From Negaprion brevirostris (taxonomy: Eukaryota), in NCBI GenBank assembly GCA_030324005.1, contig JARDVH010000169.1, positions 10,841,224 to 10,905,223 on the forward strand: DNA of 64,000 bases, in the 5' to 3' direction. Shown one piece after another: positions 37,983 through 50,670 of the stretch. A model generated the notes under the pieces. That model saw only the letters and a program-made list of their open reading frames with translations, was not told where the DNA came from and did no database searches. Numbering within the stretch: position 1 is the first letter of the stretch; every line of letters starts with the position of its first letter. The translations under genes and the position numbers were made by a program.

Positions 37983-38130
37983 AAAGTAGAAAGTGCTGAA
38001 AAAACTCAGCAGATCTGGCAGCATCTGTGGAGAGAGAAACAGAGTTAATGTTTTGAAACTGACCTGCTGAATTTTTTCAGCACTTTGTTTTTATTTCAGA
38101 TCGCTAGCATCCACAGTATTTTGCTTTTAT
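37983..38130. mobile_element. Short fold-back (Penelope-associated/MITE-like) repeat
   Basis: aaagtgctgaaaaaactcagcagatc is the near reverse complement of gacctgctgaattttttcagcacttt; related pieces at ~985-1060, ~1410-1460 and 49400-49885. Confidence 0.65.
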
Positions 38131-39419
38131 TTTACTGTTACTTACTTTCTGAATACGTGCACATTAATTAGTTTATGCAACGAGTATTGCACTGGTAAAT
38201 GGAATGTACTGTTGACAGGCATTTTGATTAACAAGCGCCACCAATTTCCCATGCATGCCAATAGTAAAGACTTTGCTGTGCTACTTTATTCTAAAATATT
38301 AGTTTTCCTCATCCATATTAAGTAGTATAAGGTGCTTTAAAATTAACATTAACTTATTGTGAACAGCTTTATGGAGCTCTGTGACAACTGTTTCCTTTTT
38401 GGAGTATGCTTGTACATTGATACAAAAGCAAGATAACAAAACTCAGAAGATTCAGACAACTGTGGGCCAGTTTTCTTGTACAGTCCTGGAAGATGAACAA
38501 GATTGTGAACACTGAGGAGATACAACTGTCTATGTCAAAGCAAAATCATGATCAGTAAATACACAGGCCAGTTATCTCTGCTTTCAAATACCATCACCTC
38601 TATTCAACTGCAGGCATACCAAAGTTGTCAAGGTATCTTTATTACAGTGATAATTGGGGTGGTGATTTCATAATAATTGTACAGATCTACAAAGCAGAAC
38701 TTTCAAATGAATACAGGACAGAAATGTGTTACACCGCTTTGCTAAAAATGCAAATGATTTTGTTTCTCTTATACACATTATTTGACCCTTATCTATTCTA
38801 ATTGATGCTCTGACACACAGAATAAATGCCCATAATGCTAATGAAGGGATAAAACAGGCGCATTCAAGCTGACATGAACATGTTTTCACACCTGGGTAAT
38901 TACATTTAATGTGCCTGTAATCACATAGTCAACAAACATTTGTTTTCAGTTTCCTGCTAGTAATTTGTCGAAATTCAAAAATAGCTTCCCTCCTCCACAA
39001 ATTGATCTTTTTTTTCCCTTATGTCTCTCTGGTCCATGCAAGCGATTCAGCAATGCATGTTACCTGTTCTCAAACTGACACTAATGCTGCTCTTCAATCA
39101 ATTTTGAGCAAGTGCTGGAACAATGGAAGTGGGCTTCTTTTCGACTTACTGTAACTTCAATAACCATGACAAAAGTAAAGATTTTGTTGCTTGTCAGCTA
39201 GACCTCATTAGTTCTTCACTTGAAGCTCACTGACTCAAGAACTACCCTGATTACACTTCCTAAACAGACTGTCTTACTGTCTTCTGTTCTCACAGTTTCA
39301 AAGCTAGTGATGATAACACCTTCCATACCAGCCCTTTGAATACGTATTTTGCCCTGAGGTTTGTCCTTCGCAGTAGCTCACAGGGCCCTCAACCTGTTTG
39401 TTCCATTGTACACATTTCT

Positions 39420-39800
39420 GAATCAAATACTGTTGAAGTGTGGCAGATATTATAATGTAGGAAAACACAGCAACCTATTTTACACACAGCAATGTCTCAT
39501 AAATAGAAATGAAACACATGACAAGGTAATTTCTGGAGATGTCAGTTGATTCATATTGACGCGGACACTGGTGGAACTCCACTGCTTCTCTTCAAACAAT
39601 GACGTGTGATCTTTCTCATCGATCTGAAAATCTCCAGCTGAATCTCTGTTTCATGTTTTACCTGAAATTCAGCACTTCCTTAATAAAATACCAAAGTATC
39701 AGCTTGGATTCTGATCTCAAGTCTCTAGGGTGGGGCTAGAATCTGCAGCCTTCTGAACCAGGAGGTGAGTGTTTTGTTACTAAACAAAGACTGACACATT
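39420..39800 (-). mobile_element. Decayed Deu-domain SINE
   Basis: Reverse-strand similarity to 10715-11130 (tgtaggaaaacacagcaacc; ctcaagtctctagggtggggctagaatc...ccttctga). Confidence 0.55.
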
Positions 39801-39889
39801 GCTAGTCTAATAATAGTCAATATAGATTCTTAAATGGAAGATCCTGTTTCAACTTGTTTGCTAGTTATTACAGCTTCAAAAAATTGAAG

Positions 39890-40653
39890 TGGATCTGTAT
39901 AAACCTGATCTAGATTTCCAAAAGACATTTGACAAATTTCCGTGAGAGAGATCACAGTACTGGGATGTTTTCTAATTTACAAAAATGACTTGGATTTAGA
40001 AACAGTGCACAGTGGTTACATTTGCTGATGATACTAAATCAGAGTGGTTATTTGAATGAGGAAATAATTACATAATAGGTTGGGTGAAATATCTAAGTAG
40101 GAAAATAATTTAGTGCAGCAAGAAATCTGACATATATAATCCAAGAAAGGTGTTGAAATAGCCATGGGCCAAGCTACGAGAGACATACAAATCTCAGATG
40201 GCTCAACATTCAACATATCAAACCAACAAAGTCAACACAAATTTGAAAACATTGTCAGAATGTAGAATTTAAATCAGAGGAAGTTAGCACTAAACTACAG
40301 AATGCTCTGGACAGATTGCACCTTAAGTACTGCATCCAGTTCACATCACTGTGCACTGCTCCAGTTAACATTGTGTCACAAAGTTAACTTCTAATATCAA
40401 AGGATGAACTATAAGAAAAGGCTGCAAAGAATCAGGCCTTTTGATCTTTGAAGGGGGCATCTGATAGGTGATTTTATGACAGTACATATTAAGTTACAGG
40501 AATGGAGAAAGTACATTTGGAAGATTAAGTTGTTGGGAGAGTAGCCTAAAGGGACACATTTGAGACAGTAAAGGATACATTTAAGACTGATAATCAGGAC
40601 ATTATCTTCAGAGAGTGATAAATGTAAAGAATTGAGTTCCACATAAAATACTG
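39890..40653 (+). mobile_element. Decayed CR1 LINE
   Basis: ctagatttccaaaagacatttgacaa (LDFQKxFDK), tttgctgatgatactaaa (FADDTK), aagtactgcatccagtt (xYCIQF). Confidence 0.7.
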
Positions 40654-40843
40654 NNNNNNNNNNNNNNNNNNNNNNNNNNNNNNNNNNNNNNNNNNNNNNN
40701 NNNNNNNNNNNNNNNNNNNNNNNNNNNNNNNNNNNNNNNNNNNNNNNNNNNNNTCCGCCCACTTTAAAAGCCAGCAAAATGCAGCAAGAGGGAGAAATAA
40801 TGATGTTCCCCTGGTAACAAAGTCGGCGGGACAGGATGAAGCA

Positions 40844-41156
40844 GGGCACGGTGGCACAGTGCTTAGCACTGCTGCCTCGCAGCTCCAGGGACCCGGGTTC
40901 GATTCCCGGCTTGGGTCACCGTCTGTGTGGAGTTTGCACGTTCTCCCCGTGTCTGTGTGGGTTTCCTACGGGTGCTCCGGTTTCCTCCCACAATTCAAAG
41001 ATGTGTGGGTTAGGTGGATTGGCCGTGCTAAATTGCGTCAGTATCAGGAGTACTAGCTAAGATAAATACCTGGAGTTATGGTGTTTGGGCCTGGCTGCGA
41101 TTGACTTGAAGGGCCGAATGGCCTTCTTCTGCACTGCCGGGATTCTACAGTTCTAT
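40844..41156 (+). mobile_element. HE1-type SINE, full length and low divergence
   Basis: A box TGGCACAGTG, B box GGTTCGATTCC (40896-40906), V-domain and tail gggccgaatggccttcttctgcact; CpGs retained. Confidence 0.9.
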
Positions 41157-41505
41157 CAAACTCCTCTCTGGTGAATGCCCATCAGTTTGCTTGTCATTTG
41201 ACCCACAAATCTATGTAAACTGCTTTGAGCTACACACCCCCTTATCATCTTAACACCCTGAATTATGATGTATGTCCCCTCAGCATATGAATCCTTTCCT
41301 GCAGTGCATGGGGTTGTTTCAGAGCTTGTGATAATTATCCCTATCAGGGCAACACAGCAGAGTAAGGGTCACCTGACCTGGTTGACCAATCAGGACTCAG
41401 TATGGGGAGCCACCCGAGGGGGAGGACTCCTCCTGGAGCAGAGATATTTTAGGATTGGCTGCAATCGCACTGCTGCTCTTGAAGATCAAAGTAAATAAAT
41501 TCCTT

Positions 41506-41787
41506 AAAGTTTAAATTGACTTATTTATCACAAGTAAGGCTTACATTAACAACGCAATGAAGTTACTGTGGAAATCCCCTAGTCGCCACACTCCAGCACC
41601 TGTTCAGGTACACTTACGGAGAATTTAGCATGGCAGTGTACCTAACCAGGACGTCTTTTAGACTGTGGGTGGAAACTGGAACACCTGGAGGAAACCCAAG
41701 CAGACTCTGCACAGAAGTGATCCAAGGTGTGAATCGAACCCAGGTCCCAAGTGTTGTGAGGCAGCAGTGCTACCTACTGTGCCATCC
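41506..41787 (-). mobile_element. V-SINE with an alternative (non-CR1) tail
   Basis: HE1-like head and core joined to tail ...cacaagtaaggcttacattaacaacgcaatgaagttactgtgg. Confidence 0.75.
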
Positions 41788-42300
41788 TGAGGGGTGACAA
41801 CTGGTTTTAGCAGCTCTGAAAGGATGAATTGAAATAGGCCAAATGACATTTCTCAAGTGTAATTATCAGTTGCTTTCCCAGCAGAAGTATCTTCCCAACC
41901 ATGCCAAGATTGAGATCTCATCTAATCTAGTGAAACCCACTGTTATTCATTCTAATTCTTTCTGAAGAAACTTAAGTTCCTTCACTTCTGATTAAGATTT
42001 TACTTAAATCATATCTACTTTATCCCAAACTCATTTCAGCAATAACAATATAACACTGATAACGTTTTTGAGGATTATAAAGCTTTGTAGACAATAAGCA
42101 AAGAGCTCAAATGTTACTCTCTGACAATTAATCATAAATCAAGTACATATTTGGTAATGGGAGAAGATAGATAAATCGATAGGAATGACACCAAACAGGA
42201 AAATTACCAGTCTTTTAGAAGAACTAAAATGAATGGACTGATGCATTCATGTTTCCGGAAAAGCAATTTTTAAAAAAATCTGGAGTTCAAGTAAGGTATT

Positions 42301-43041
42301 GAGTGGAATTCTCTAATTTTGAGACCAAGTGCCATGATGGGGATAGGAACATGGAGTTTTTTTCCCCACTGCAGAGGCTGGTGAAACAACATATCAAATC
42401 TCCAACCTCATCAATTATGCAACTGGGTGTTTTATGCCATATTCATTGGTGGGGCAGGCCTGATGATGTGTAGTCATGATGTAGAGAATATGTATTCTAT
42501 CTTGGTTTCCATGTGATGTGTATTGTCAGCCATTGTTTCCGGGTGCCATATTGAAAGCTGAGACCGGAAGATGGGATTCCTGAGAATGGAGATAGATGTC
42601 CTGGAACATTATGAGGCTGGAAGATTGCCTCTCTTGAGAGCACAGAATCTGGAAGGTCCACCTTCAGATGCACTCCTGATTCACTGCTCTGGTGTTTCCA
42701 ATGTCCAGAATTGCGGGCAGCCTCCATTTTGAATTCCAGAGGCATTGTGCAAATGAGTCCCAGCTTCTGCATGTCACGTTGTTCCACATGGTGGGTTTTC
42801 CTGCCAGCATCGTGGAGAATCTGGCATGGGAGGTTAAAGTCTTCATCTGCATCCCATTAATTGGATGCAAATAAGGTTCACGCTGGCCTCTGGTGGGTTT
42901 TTGACTTACCTTGGCTGGCACTAGCAGTAGATCCCGCTGTGAATTCACACCAGCAAGAAACCAGTTTCTAGTTCCCCTGCCATATTCTCCCTCCACGCCC
43001 ACCACTGAACTTGCCAGCAAGGGTTTGGGAGAATCCTGCCC
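42301..43041. mobile_element. Non-autonomous DNA transposon (PIF/Harbinger-like MITE)
   Basis: GC-richer block bounded by degenerate TIRs gagtggaattctct ... ggagaatcctgccc, differing only by transitions. Confidence 0.5.
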
Positions 43042-43277
43042 TATGGTTATGTACTTTCATATGAAAAATAAAATGCAAATCTGGAAATAAACAGAGCCAA
43101 TCATATTTACCCTTCACTTACAAGCGATTCAAATGATTGGTTAACTATAATCTTGATTAATTTTCCCATTGCAAAATGAAATTAAAACCAACCTTTTCAG
43201 GTTTGTCCTTGGCTTTGAAACCTGCAAATATCTGGTGCAACTGTCTTACAAACAAAACAATATCTGAAGGTTTCTTA

Positions 43278-43772
43278 GCAAGCCATAAGTTGCCCACCCT
43301 AATTACTCTTGAACTGAGTGGCTTACTAGGTCAATTCAGAACATAGTTAAGAGTGAAGCACATTTCTGTGGGTCCAGAGTCACAGCTAGGCCAGACCAGG
43401 TAAAAATGGCAGATTTTCTTCTCTAAAGGACATTAGTGAATTAGAGTCTTAGACGTTTGCAGTATGAAAACAGACCCTTTGGCCCAACTTGTCCATGCTG
43501 CCCTTTTTTAAAAACCCCTTAATCTAGTCCCAATTGCCCGCATTTGCCACATATCCCTCTATATACCCACCGTACCCATGTAACTGTCAATAGAGTCATA
43601 GAGGTTAGATTTTTTTTTACAACAATCGATGATAGTTTCATGGTCACCATTACTGGGACAAACTTTAGATGTATTGATTGGATTTAAACTGCACCAGCTG
43701 CTTAGTGGGATTTGAACCCATGTCCACAGAGCATTCTGGGTCTCTAAATTACTATCCAGTATTGCCTCTATG
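43278..43772 (-). mobile_element. Meta-domain-like SINE interrupted by a CR1-type tail (43441-43600)
   Basis: Homologous to 7997-8338; the core breaks at ...ggacattagtgaa and resumes after an insertion starting ttagagtcttagacg...ggcccaacttgtccatg. Confidence 0.7.
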
Positions 43773-44005
43773 CCCGTGTCACGTCCCAAGCTGCCCTCTT
43801 CCCTCCCAGCATCACAGTTACAATATTTAAAATTCATCAGTTTCAAGTGTTAACTGTTTAAGCAAACTTGCTCTTCAAATACATATTCAAAATCTACAAA
43901 CAATATGCCAAATATAAGACCTGGGTGAGATGCCATAATTAAACTGCTGTTTTATGGAAAACATAGTTCTTATTTTTGCCTATAAGTTTCTGCCACTGAT
44001 GAGAT

Positions 44006-44281
44006 CTTTCTTGGTGCTCAGCAGAAATTTATTCTGATGGTTAAAAAGGACCGTAGGAGGAGAGGTAATAAGCCATGGATAACGAAGGAGGTGAAGGAAA
44101 GTGTTAAATTAANNNNNNNNNNNNNNNNNNNNNNNNNNNNNNNNNNNNNNNNNNNNNNNNNNNNNNNNNNNNNNNNNNNNNNNNNNNNNNNNNNNNNNNN
44201 NNNNNNNNNNNNTATTGAATGGCGGGGCAGGCTCGAAGGGCTAGATGGCCTACTCCTGCTCCTATTTCTTATGTTCTTATG
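44006..44281 (+). mobile_element. Young 5'-truncated CR1 LINE collapsed into a gap
   Basis: ORF2 linker peptide KPWITKEVKESVKL before the gap and the standard 3' tail after it; possible TSD atgagat (43999-44005 and 44279-44285). Confidence 0.8.
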
Positions 44282-46483
44282 AGATTTTCAATCATTGGAC
44301 AAAGTTGAAGAGCTCTTTACTATCATTCAAAACTTTAAAATGACACAGCAAAGTACTCAAGTTCTAAAATTTAAGTTGGCCATAGATGACAGCAGCATGA
44401 AGGGTACAAGGTAGTTGGTTTCAACTGCACTTGCTACAGGCACCAATTTAGAAATTGGAAGCACTCTACGCATTTGATGTTGATACAATGAGAAAGATTA
44501 TGCTGTACTGCTGCCAATCATGCTGTATAACAGAGGCAAATAATTTTATTACGTTCCTCCTTTAGGTTATGGAGATGTATGTACAGTAACAACACAAGCC
44601 TTACATCAAGAATTATACCACTCCACTTGTCGCTTTAAGAAGCAGACCGAATCATTACTCACTTTGTCCACACCACATTTTTGAAAACAGTCTATAATTT
44701 GAAATACAGCATAATTTGGAACAAAAAACACACTCCGGACACAGAGCAATGCAATTTTAAGTAGAACTGGAATGTTAATCATTTCCTTTTACTGCACATT
44801 GAATATGGTTTCAATCATATATGATTTTTAGGTTCATCAGCTTTGTCATTATTTACTGTTAAAATATTTGGCATGTTCCAATTTTGGATTTTTAACGCAA
44901 CTTCTCCCAAAGAATGTTTTCACAGCAGATTCTGAAAATGTATTTTCTCCCTGCCATGCAGAAATTGTACCCTTTCTAAAGTGGAAAACAAAATGCCTGG
45001 ACAACTGGGGAAAGAGCAGGGACAAACTGGATTGGCTGAGTGTTCTCTTGTGTAGTACATTCCATGTTTTCCAACTTGTCCTCAATAATTTTGATGGATG
45101 AACAATTACACCAAACAGTGTTGTTGTATTTACTAAACTTTCTTTGAAAGGTTAGATCGACAAACTAGTTTTACAGACTACAGCAAATAACACAGATAGA
45201 TTAGCCACCCAGTATGATTAATCTTCGTCCTCCAGACAAGAGAGCACACATCCAAATTGTTACTAGTGAAACCTGTACAGAGCAGACATGCAGAAATGCT
45301 GGCACGACTGCAGAAGTCTTCTATTCCTGGGTCACAGAGTCCCAGGATTTCATGGCATTGGAGCAAACTCATAAATTCTGATACGATAGGACAGCATTTT
45401 TTTTTTTTACAGTACTTAGCTGAGTAGAAATCTACTGATTCATGCTGAGAAACTTTGCAAACTATGCGTGGAGATTCTACAGGATTGCTCTGGGAAAAAC
45501 AAAGCCATAGCTTCTGAGACGTATTCAGATCTTGAAATTAAAAAAATGATTTAAAAGGCAAAAGACAATCCAACTGATAAGGTATTATATTAGTGATTTT
45601 TTTTCAATTGTATTCAAAATCTTGCTTTAGACATTAGCTATTTAGTAAAAAATGGTAATGACAAAATCTTTTTCAAAAAGCAGTTTGAGTGATTCCATTG
45701 GTTCATCTGTTCTTTTCTGCTAATGGTAGGTTCCCTTGATTGGTTAATTAGGATTCCAGTCATTTCTTAATCCACTTTGTCAGTTGCTTTCCTCATGAAC
45801 GTTCTCAACCTCTTTGGATCTGATATGCTTTTGTTTTACTTTCAGCTAAAGTGTGAAATGGAAAATATTACCAGAAATGCAGAATAAGCATATTACACAC
45901 ACCCAACTGCAGTAGTTCAAGCAAATCTTTCGAAGAGCATCTTGTGAGGGAGGATAGGTCCTGGTAAGATTTTTGGAAATGTAGCCCAGTTTCTGACACA
46001 TCAAACTCATTTTTGTTTGTCTTCTTACAAAACTTTCTGTATCAATATTGCATTGTAACACAGAATGATACAGCACAGGAGGAGGTCCATTATGACTGCA
46101 AGCTCTTTGAAAGAGATATTCATATTGCCACATTGCCAGGCCCTTTTGCACAGCCCTACAAATGTTTAATCCTTAAATTATTTAACCAAATTCCCATTGG
46201 AAGTTACTGTTTCATGTTTATTTCGTTCTTGCAAGTTTTGTATACTCTTCGTGCAAAGAGGATACAAGTGAACCCAGAAACCCTAAAATTGTTCTGATTT
46301 TGTAATGTCCTGCTCTGGTGTTGAAACCCCACCACTAGTACATTTTATTAACAGATAATGGGAAAACATTTCATAAAATTAAACATATTCTCGAAGATAT
46401 CAAAAACTTTGGGCAAACCCAACAGGTTCAATGGAGGGTAGTACCATACATAATTTGTGGGAGTGCAATAATCAGTTTTATGC

Positions 46484-47121
46484 TAGCGTGAATTTCCCAT
46501 GGTGTCCCCCATTGGTAGCCGTCATGGTGGATCGTGAAACATGCTGGAGGGTGAAACTGATTTGCATTCTGCTAAAACGGTCAAGATGAAAGCCCGACCA
46601 TAATATTCCACCCATGCTCAATTCTCCATGACACTTGCAGGACAACCCAACAGTGCAAAACAAGCCGGGAACAACATGGCATGCAAATGGTGGAACTCAG
46701 TTGAACAATGCCTGGAAATGTCTCCGGAGTTTAGAAAGGAAGCCACCTGGATCCTGGAACACCATAGCAGTGGGTGGAGTGATCAACTACAGGTGGACCT
46801 TCCAGGTGTCTTGGAGGGGCTCCACCTTCTAGCATCAGTGTGCTCCTGGAGATTCATCTTCATTTCATGACTTCCATCTTCTTTCTTCAAAAGTGGGTCA
46901 CTGGTGTTGGGAGACTTTTCAAGATGGTGCTCAGATACAGTGGCTGACCATGAACCATCAGGTCTGTCTTGCTGCAGAATATGGTGCAAGACACCCATTT
47001 GCATAATTAATGAGGTCAGAGCCCAAAGATAGGTATGGTTTCTTGCTGGCCTCTGCAGCATAACACACTCCACATTCCTGCTGTCACCACGGGGCTTTGT
47101 CCAGATGAGAGAATTACGCTC
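46484..47121. mobile_element. Possible second Harbinger-like MITE
   Basis: GC-richer block with degenerate inverted ends (agcgtgaatttc ... gagaattacgct) and internal motifs (tttgcataattaat, gcatgcaaat) like those in 42301-43041. Confidence 0.4.
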
Positions 47122-48809
47122 TTTACATAGCTCTGCCATTATCGCAACGCGACACCGTAAGTTGAATAAATTGTTTCAGTTCAAAGTTAATTAACAAACC
47201 CATGTTATCTTGATCAAAACATACTGCCTAACCTTTAGGTACTTAAACTAAGTAGGTCATTTCTTGCAATGGGAAGAATTTAATTTTAAAGTGACACCAG
47301 ATTTTTATTCTGTTCCAACGTTCCAAGGTATATTGTTAACTTCATTTAATAAATTTCAAAATAATTACAAATTCAGTTTAACATCTCAATGAGAATGCTA
47401 TTTTTACAGCAAATTCAAAGCAGAACAATTAAGTGATCCCAGATATTGTAGATGGTTGGCAATTTGAATTCAGATCCATATTGATGTAATTTCTGTACTT
47501 CTTCACAATCCTTGGCCTGACGTTTCAAAATGCAGCCATTTTGAATATTATTTGGCAACTTTACGGAAAAATGAACATAATCTGCCTAGGAGCAGGCAGA
47601 AGGACAGCCAATTTTAGTCAGAACTTTGGTGAAGATAATTTGGGTAAATTAACAGGGAACTCCCTCTGTCCGCCTCCAAGAAAATGTACTACCAATATAC
47701 TTGTTCAAATTAATTGAATAATTTTAGCTATTAATTAGCATTACATAGATAATTTTATCACCCAGTTTGCAAATTTCACCATGACTGCCAGCCCCCAACC
47801 ACTTATGCCAGTGCTGCAGCTGTGTGTTTGGTTGGCAGAGGTGGGAAGAAACATGGGACAATTTAATTCAAGGCATTTTTTGGCTTGATTTAAAACAAAA
47901 CCACACTCATTCAAGTGCTATTGGAACTCGAAATCACCAAACATGTTAACCCTGCTTCATTATTAAAACTATGGTGCATGGAGACACTACTTGAATATGG
48001 AACATATGATGACAGCTGGCACAAACTTTTTCACAAAATACTATTCTCACCTGTTGTTTACTGTGCATTTTGAATTTTAAGTTATTTAGGTCATATCTGC
48101 CATTAATTTACAGTTTCCAATTTTTGTCAAATTTTTGATGTAACAGCGCATGTCACTTTTTGTGTACAAAGTCTGCTTGAACATGGCACCCCGATCAATT
48201 AGGCCAATAGATAATATAATATTTTCAGTTCATGTGCCATATTTAACAACAAAAACCCTGTACCATATTTAAATTACAACACTGACTACAGTGGCATGAA
48301 TTTGCACCACGAGGTGTCTTTTTTTTCCTCTGTCTCCTACAAGTGTATACAGCTCATTTTTCCTGTCTTCATGCATATCCATAAAGAACAGCATTAGAAC
48401 CTTTGGATTCATCGCCTTTAGAGATTTCCCCAATGGGAACTGCTGCCAAAAATGTAAAGTCATAACTTTCCTTCAACTGTCCATATATAGTGTTTCTTTT
48501 TTCGTCTGCATATCCTTTAATATTATTCCAGAACAGAACACTCTATGGTGTGTCAATATCTTTATTGTAATACACAATGATTCTTCTTTAAATGTGTGAC
48601 CATAGTATTGAGGCATTCCAATTAAAATTGCTGCCCCTTGTCGCAATTGCATCTAATTTGCATGATTAACTCCACAAATACTGTATGTCTAATTATTCAA
48701 CGAAAGACCGGGATAGCAAACATGGAATCATAGTTGGGCCGACACTAGTAGGAAGGAAAATGCTAAAATTTATTTTTAAGAGATCTGGTAACAGGGTACA
48801 TTGAAAAGC

Positions 48810-50450
48810 AGAAAGAGAAATCATGTTTCATAAACCTATTTGGAGCTTTTTTTGAGAATGTAATCAGCAGGAGTGATAAGGGAAGAAAGAGTAAATTTGG
48901 ATTTTCAAAAGACATTTGCAAAAGTGCCATACAAGAGGCTGTGGCACGAGATTTAGGGTGTATGGGATTGGGGGAATATCAGCTTGGATTGAGGATCAAT
49001 AAACTGAGAGAAAACAGAGTAGAAATAAATGGGTGACAGTTGGCAGGTTGTAACTAATAGTGAGCCTAGAGGATCAGTGCTTGACCTCAGTATTTACAAT
49101 CTATATCAATGACTTAGATCAGAAGACTGAGAATAATGAGTCCAAGTCTCCTGTCAATACAACGCTGGGTGAGAAAGTAAACTTCGAGGACACAACAGAA
49201 AGGCTGCAATGTAGTATAGGCAAGTTCAAATGATTGGGCAAGAAAATAGCAGAAGTAGTTCTCCACTTCAGTAGAAAAAACAGGAAAACAATATTTTTTT
49301 CAAAACTAAGAGACTCGTTAATTGTTGGCACGCAGAGCGATTTGGATGTCCTTGTACACAAATCACAACGCTAACATTCAATTAAGAAACAAATGGTATG
49401 AAACAGAAAATTCTGGAAATACTCAGCAGGTCAGGCAACAGCTGTAAAGAAAGAAACAGAGTGATTATTTCAGGTTGACGAACGTTCATCAGAACTGAAT
49501 GCGGTGCAGGTTTTTTTTTAAAGTTTATTTATTAGTGTCACAAGTAGGCTTACATTAACACTGCAGTGAAATTACTGTGAAAATCTCCTAGTCGCCGCAC
49601 TCCTGCGCCAGTTCAGGTACACTGAGGGAAAATTTAGCATGACCAATATACCTAGGAAGCACATCTTTCGGATTGTGGGAGGAAACCGGAGCACCCGGAG
49701 GAAACCCACACATACATAGGGAGAATGTGCAGACTCTGAACAGACAGCGACCCAAGCCAGGAATTGAACCCCGGTCCCTGGCACTGTGAGGCAGCAGTGC
49801 TAACCACTGCGCCACCGTGCTATTTTGAGTGTTTCCAGTAATTTCTACTTTAATTTGAGACTTCTAGCATCTTTAGTTTTGTGTCAAAGGTAAAAGATAT
49901 GTTAGCTTTTATACAAAAAGATTGGAGAATAGAAATCAGGAAGTCTTACAGCAAACATATAGAGCCATGGTGAAACCACACTTGGAGTACTATGGAGTTT
50001 TGGTGATCTTATTTAAGAATCTACTTGCCTTAGAGGTAATGCAGTCTAGTGTTTCACTAGACTGATTCCTGGCACAAGAGATTGTCCATGGGGAGAGATG
50101 AAGTAATCTAAATTGATTTGCCCTAGAGTTTAGAATAATGAAAGGTGCTCCTATTGAAGCATATAAAATTCTTGAGGGACTTTACAGGATAGATGTTTTC
50201 CCTGGCTGGAGAGTCCAGAATGATGGGTCACAGTCTCAGGATAAGGGTCGACCAGTTAGGGCTGAGATGAGGAGAAATTTTTTCATTCAAAAAACATTTG
50301 GGAGTGTTTGGAATTCTCTATCCCAGAAAGCTACAGACATTCAGCTATTGAGTATATTCAAGACAGATAGATTTGGAGATAGAAATACGAGGATAGGGCA
50401 GGAAAGTGCAATTGAGAAAAGTAGCCACGATCTTACTGAATGGCAGAACA
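48810..50450 (+). mobile_element. CR1 LINE (RT to 3' end) with nested insertions
   Basis: ttggattttcaaaagacatttg (LDFQKxF), ggatcagtgcttgacctcag, ccacacttggagtac (PHLEY); interrupted at 49400-49890. Confidence 0.8.
49520..49820 (-). mobile_element. V-SINE with an alternative tail, full length
   Basis: Head GCACGGTGGCGCAGTGGTTAGCACTGCTGCC with B box GGTTCAATTCC; tail ...AAGCCTACTTGTGACACTAATAAATAAACTTT followed by an A-run. Confidence 0.85.
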
Positions 50451-50454
50451 GGTT

Positions 50455-50670
50455 CACAGTGCAGGAGGCCATTTGGCCCATTGAGCCTGCACCATCAACA
50501 ATCCCACCCAGGCCCTATCCCTGTAACCCCGCAAATTTACCCTGCTAATTCTCCTGACATTAATGGTCAATTTAGCATGGCCAATCAATTTGATCTGCCT
50601 TTGGAGTGTGGAAGGAAACTGGACCACCCAGAGGAAACCCAGGCAGACACAGAGAATGTGCAAACTCCAC
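50455..50670 (-). mobile_element. 5'-truncated HE1-type SINE
   Basis: cagtgcaggaggccatttggccc...agaatgtgcaaactccac. Confidence 0.8.

Noticed and set aside
40844-40915. tRNA genes at SINE heads (also ~2450-2516, ~10020-10093, ~49750-49820)
   Set aside because: A and B boxes are present, but they continue into SINE bodies repeated across the window and no clean cloverleaf is evident.
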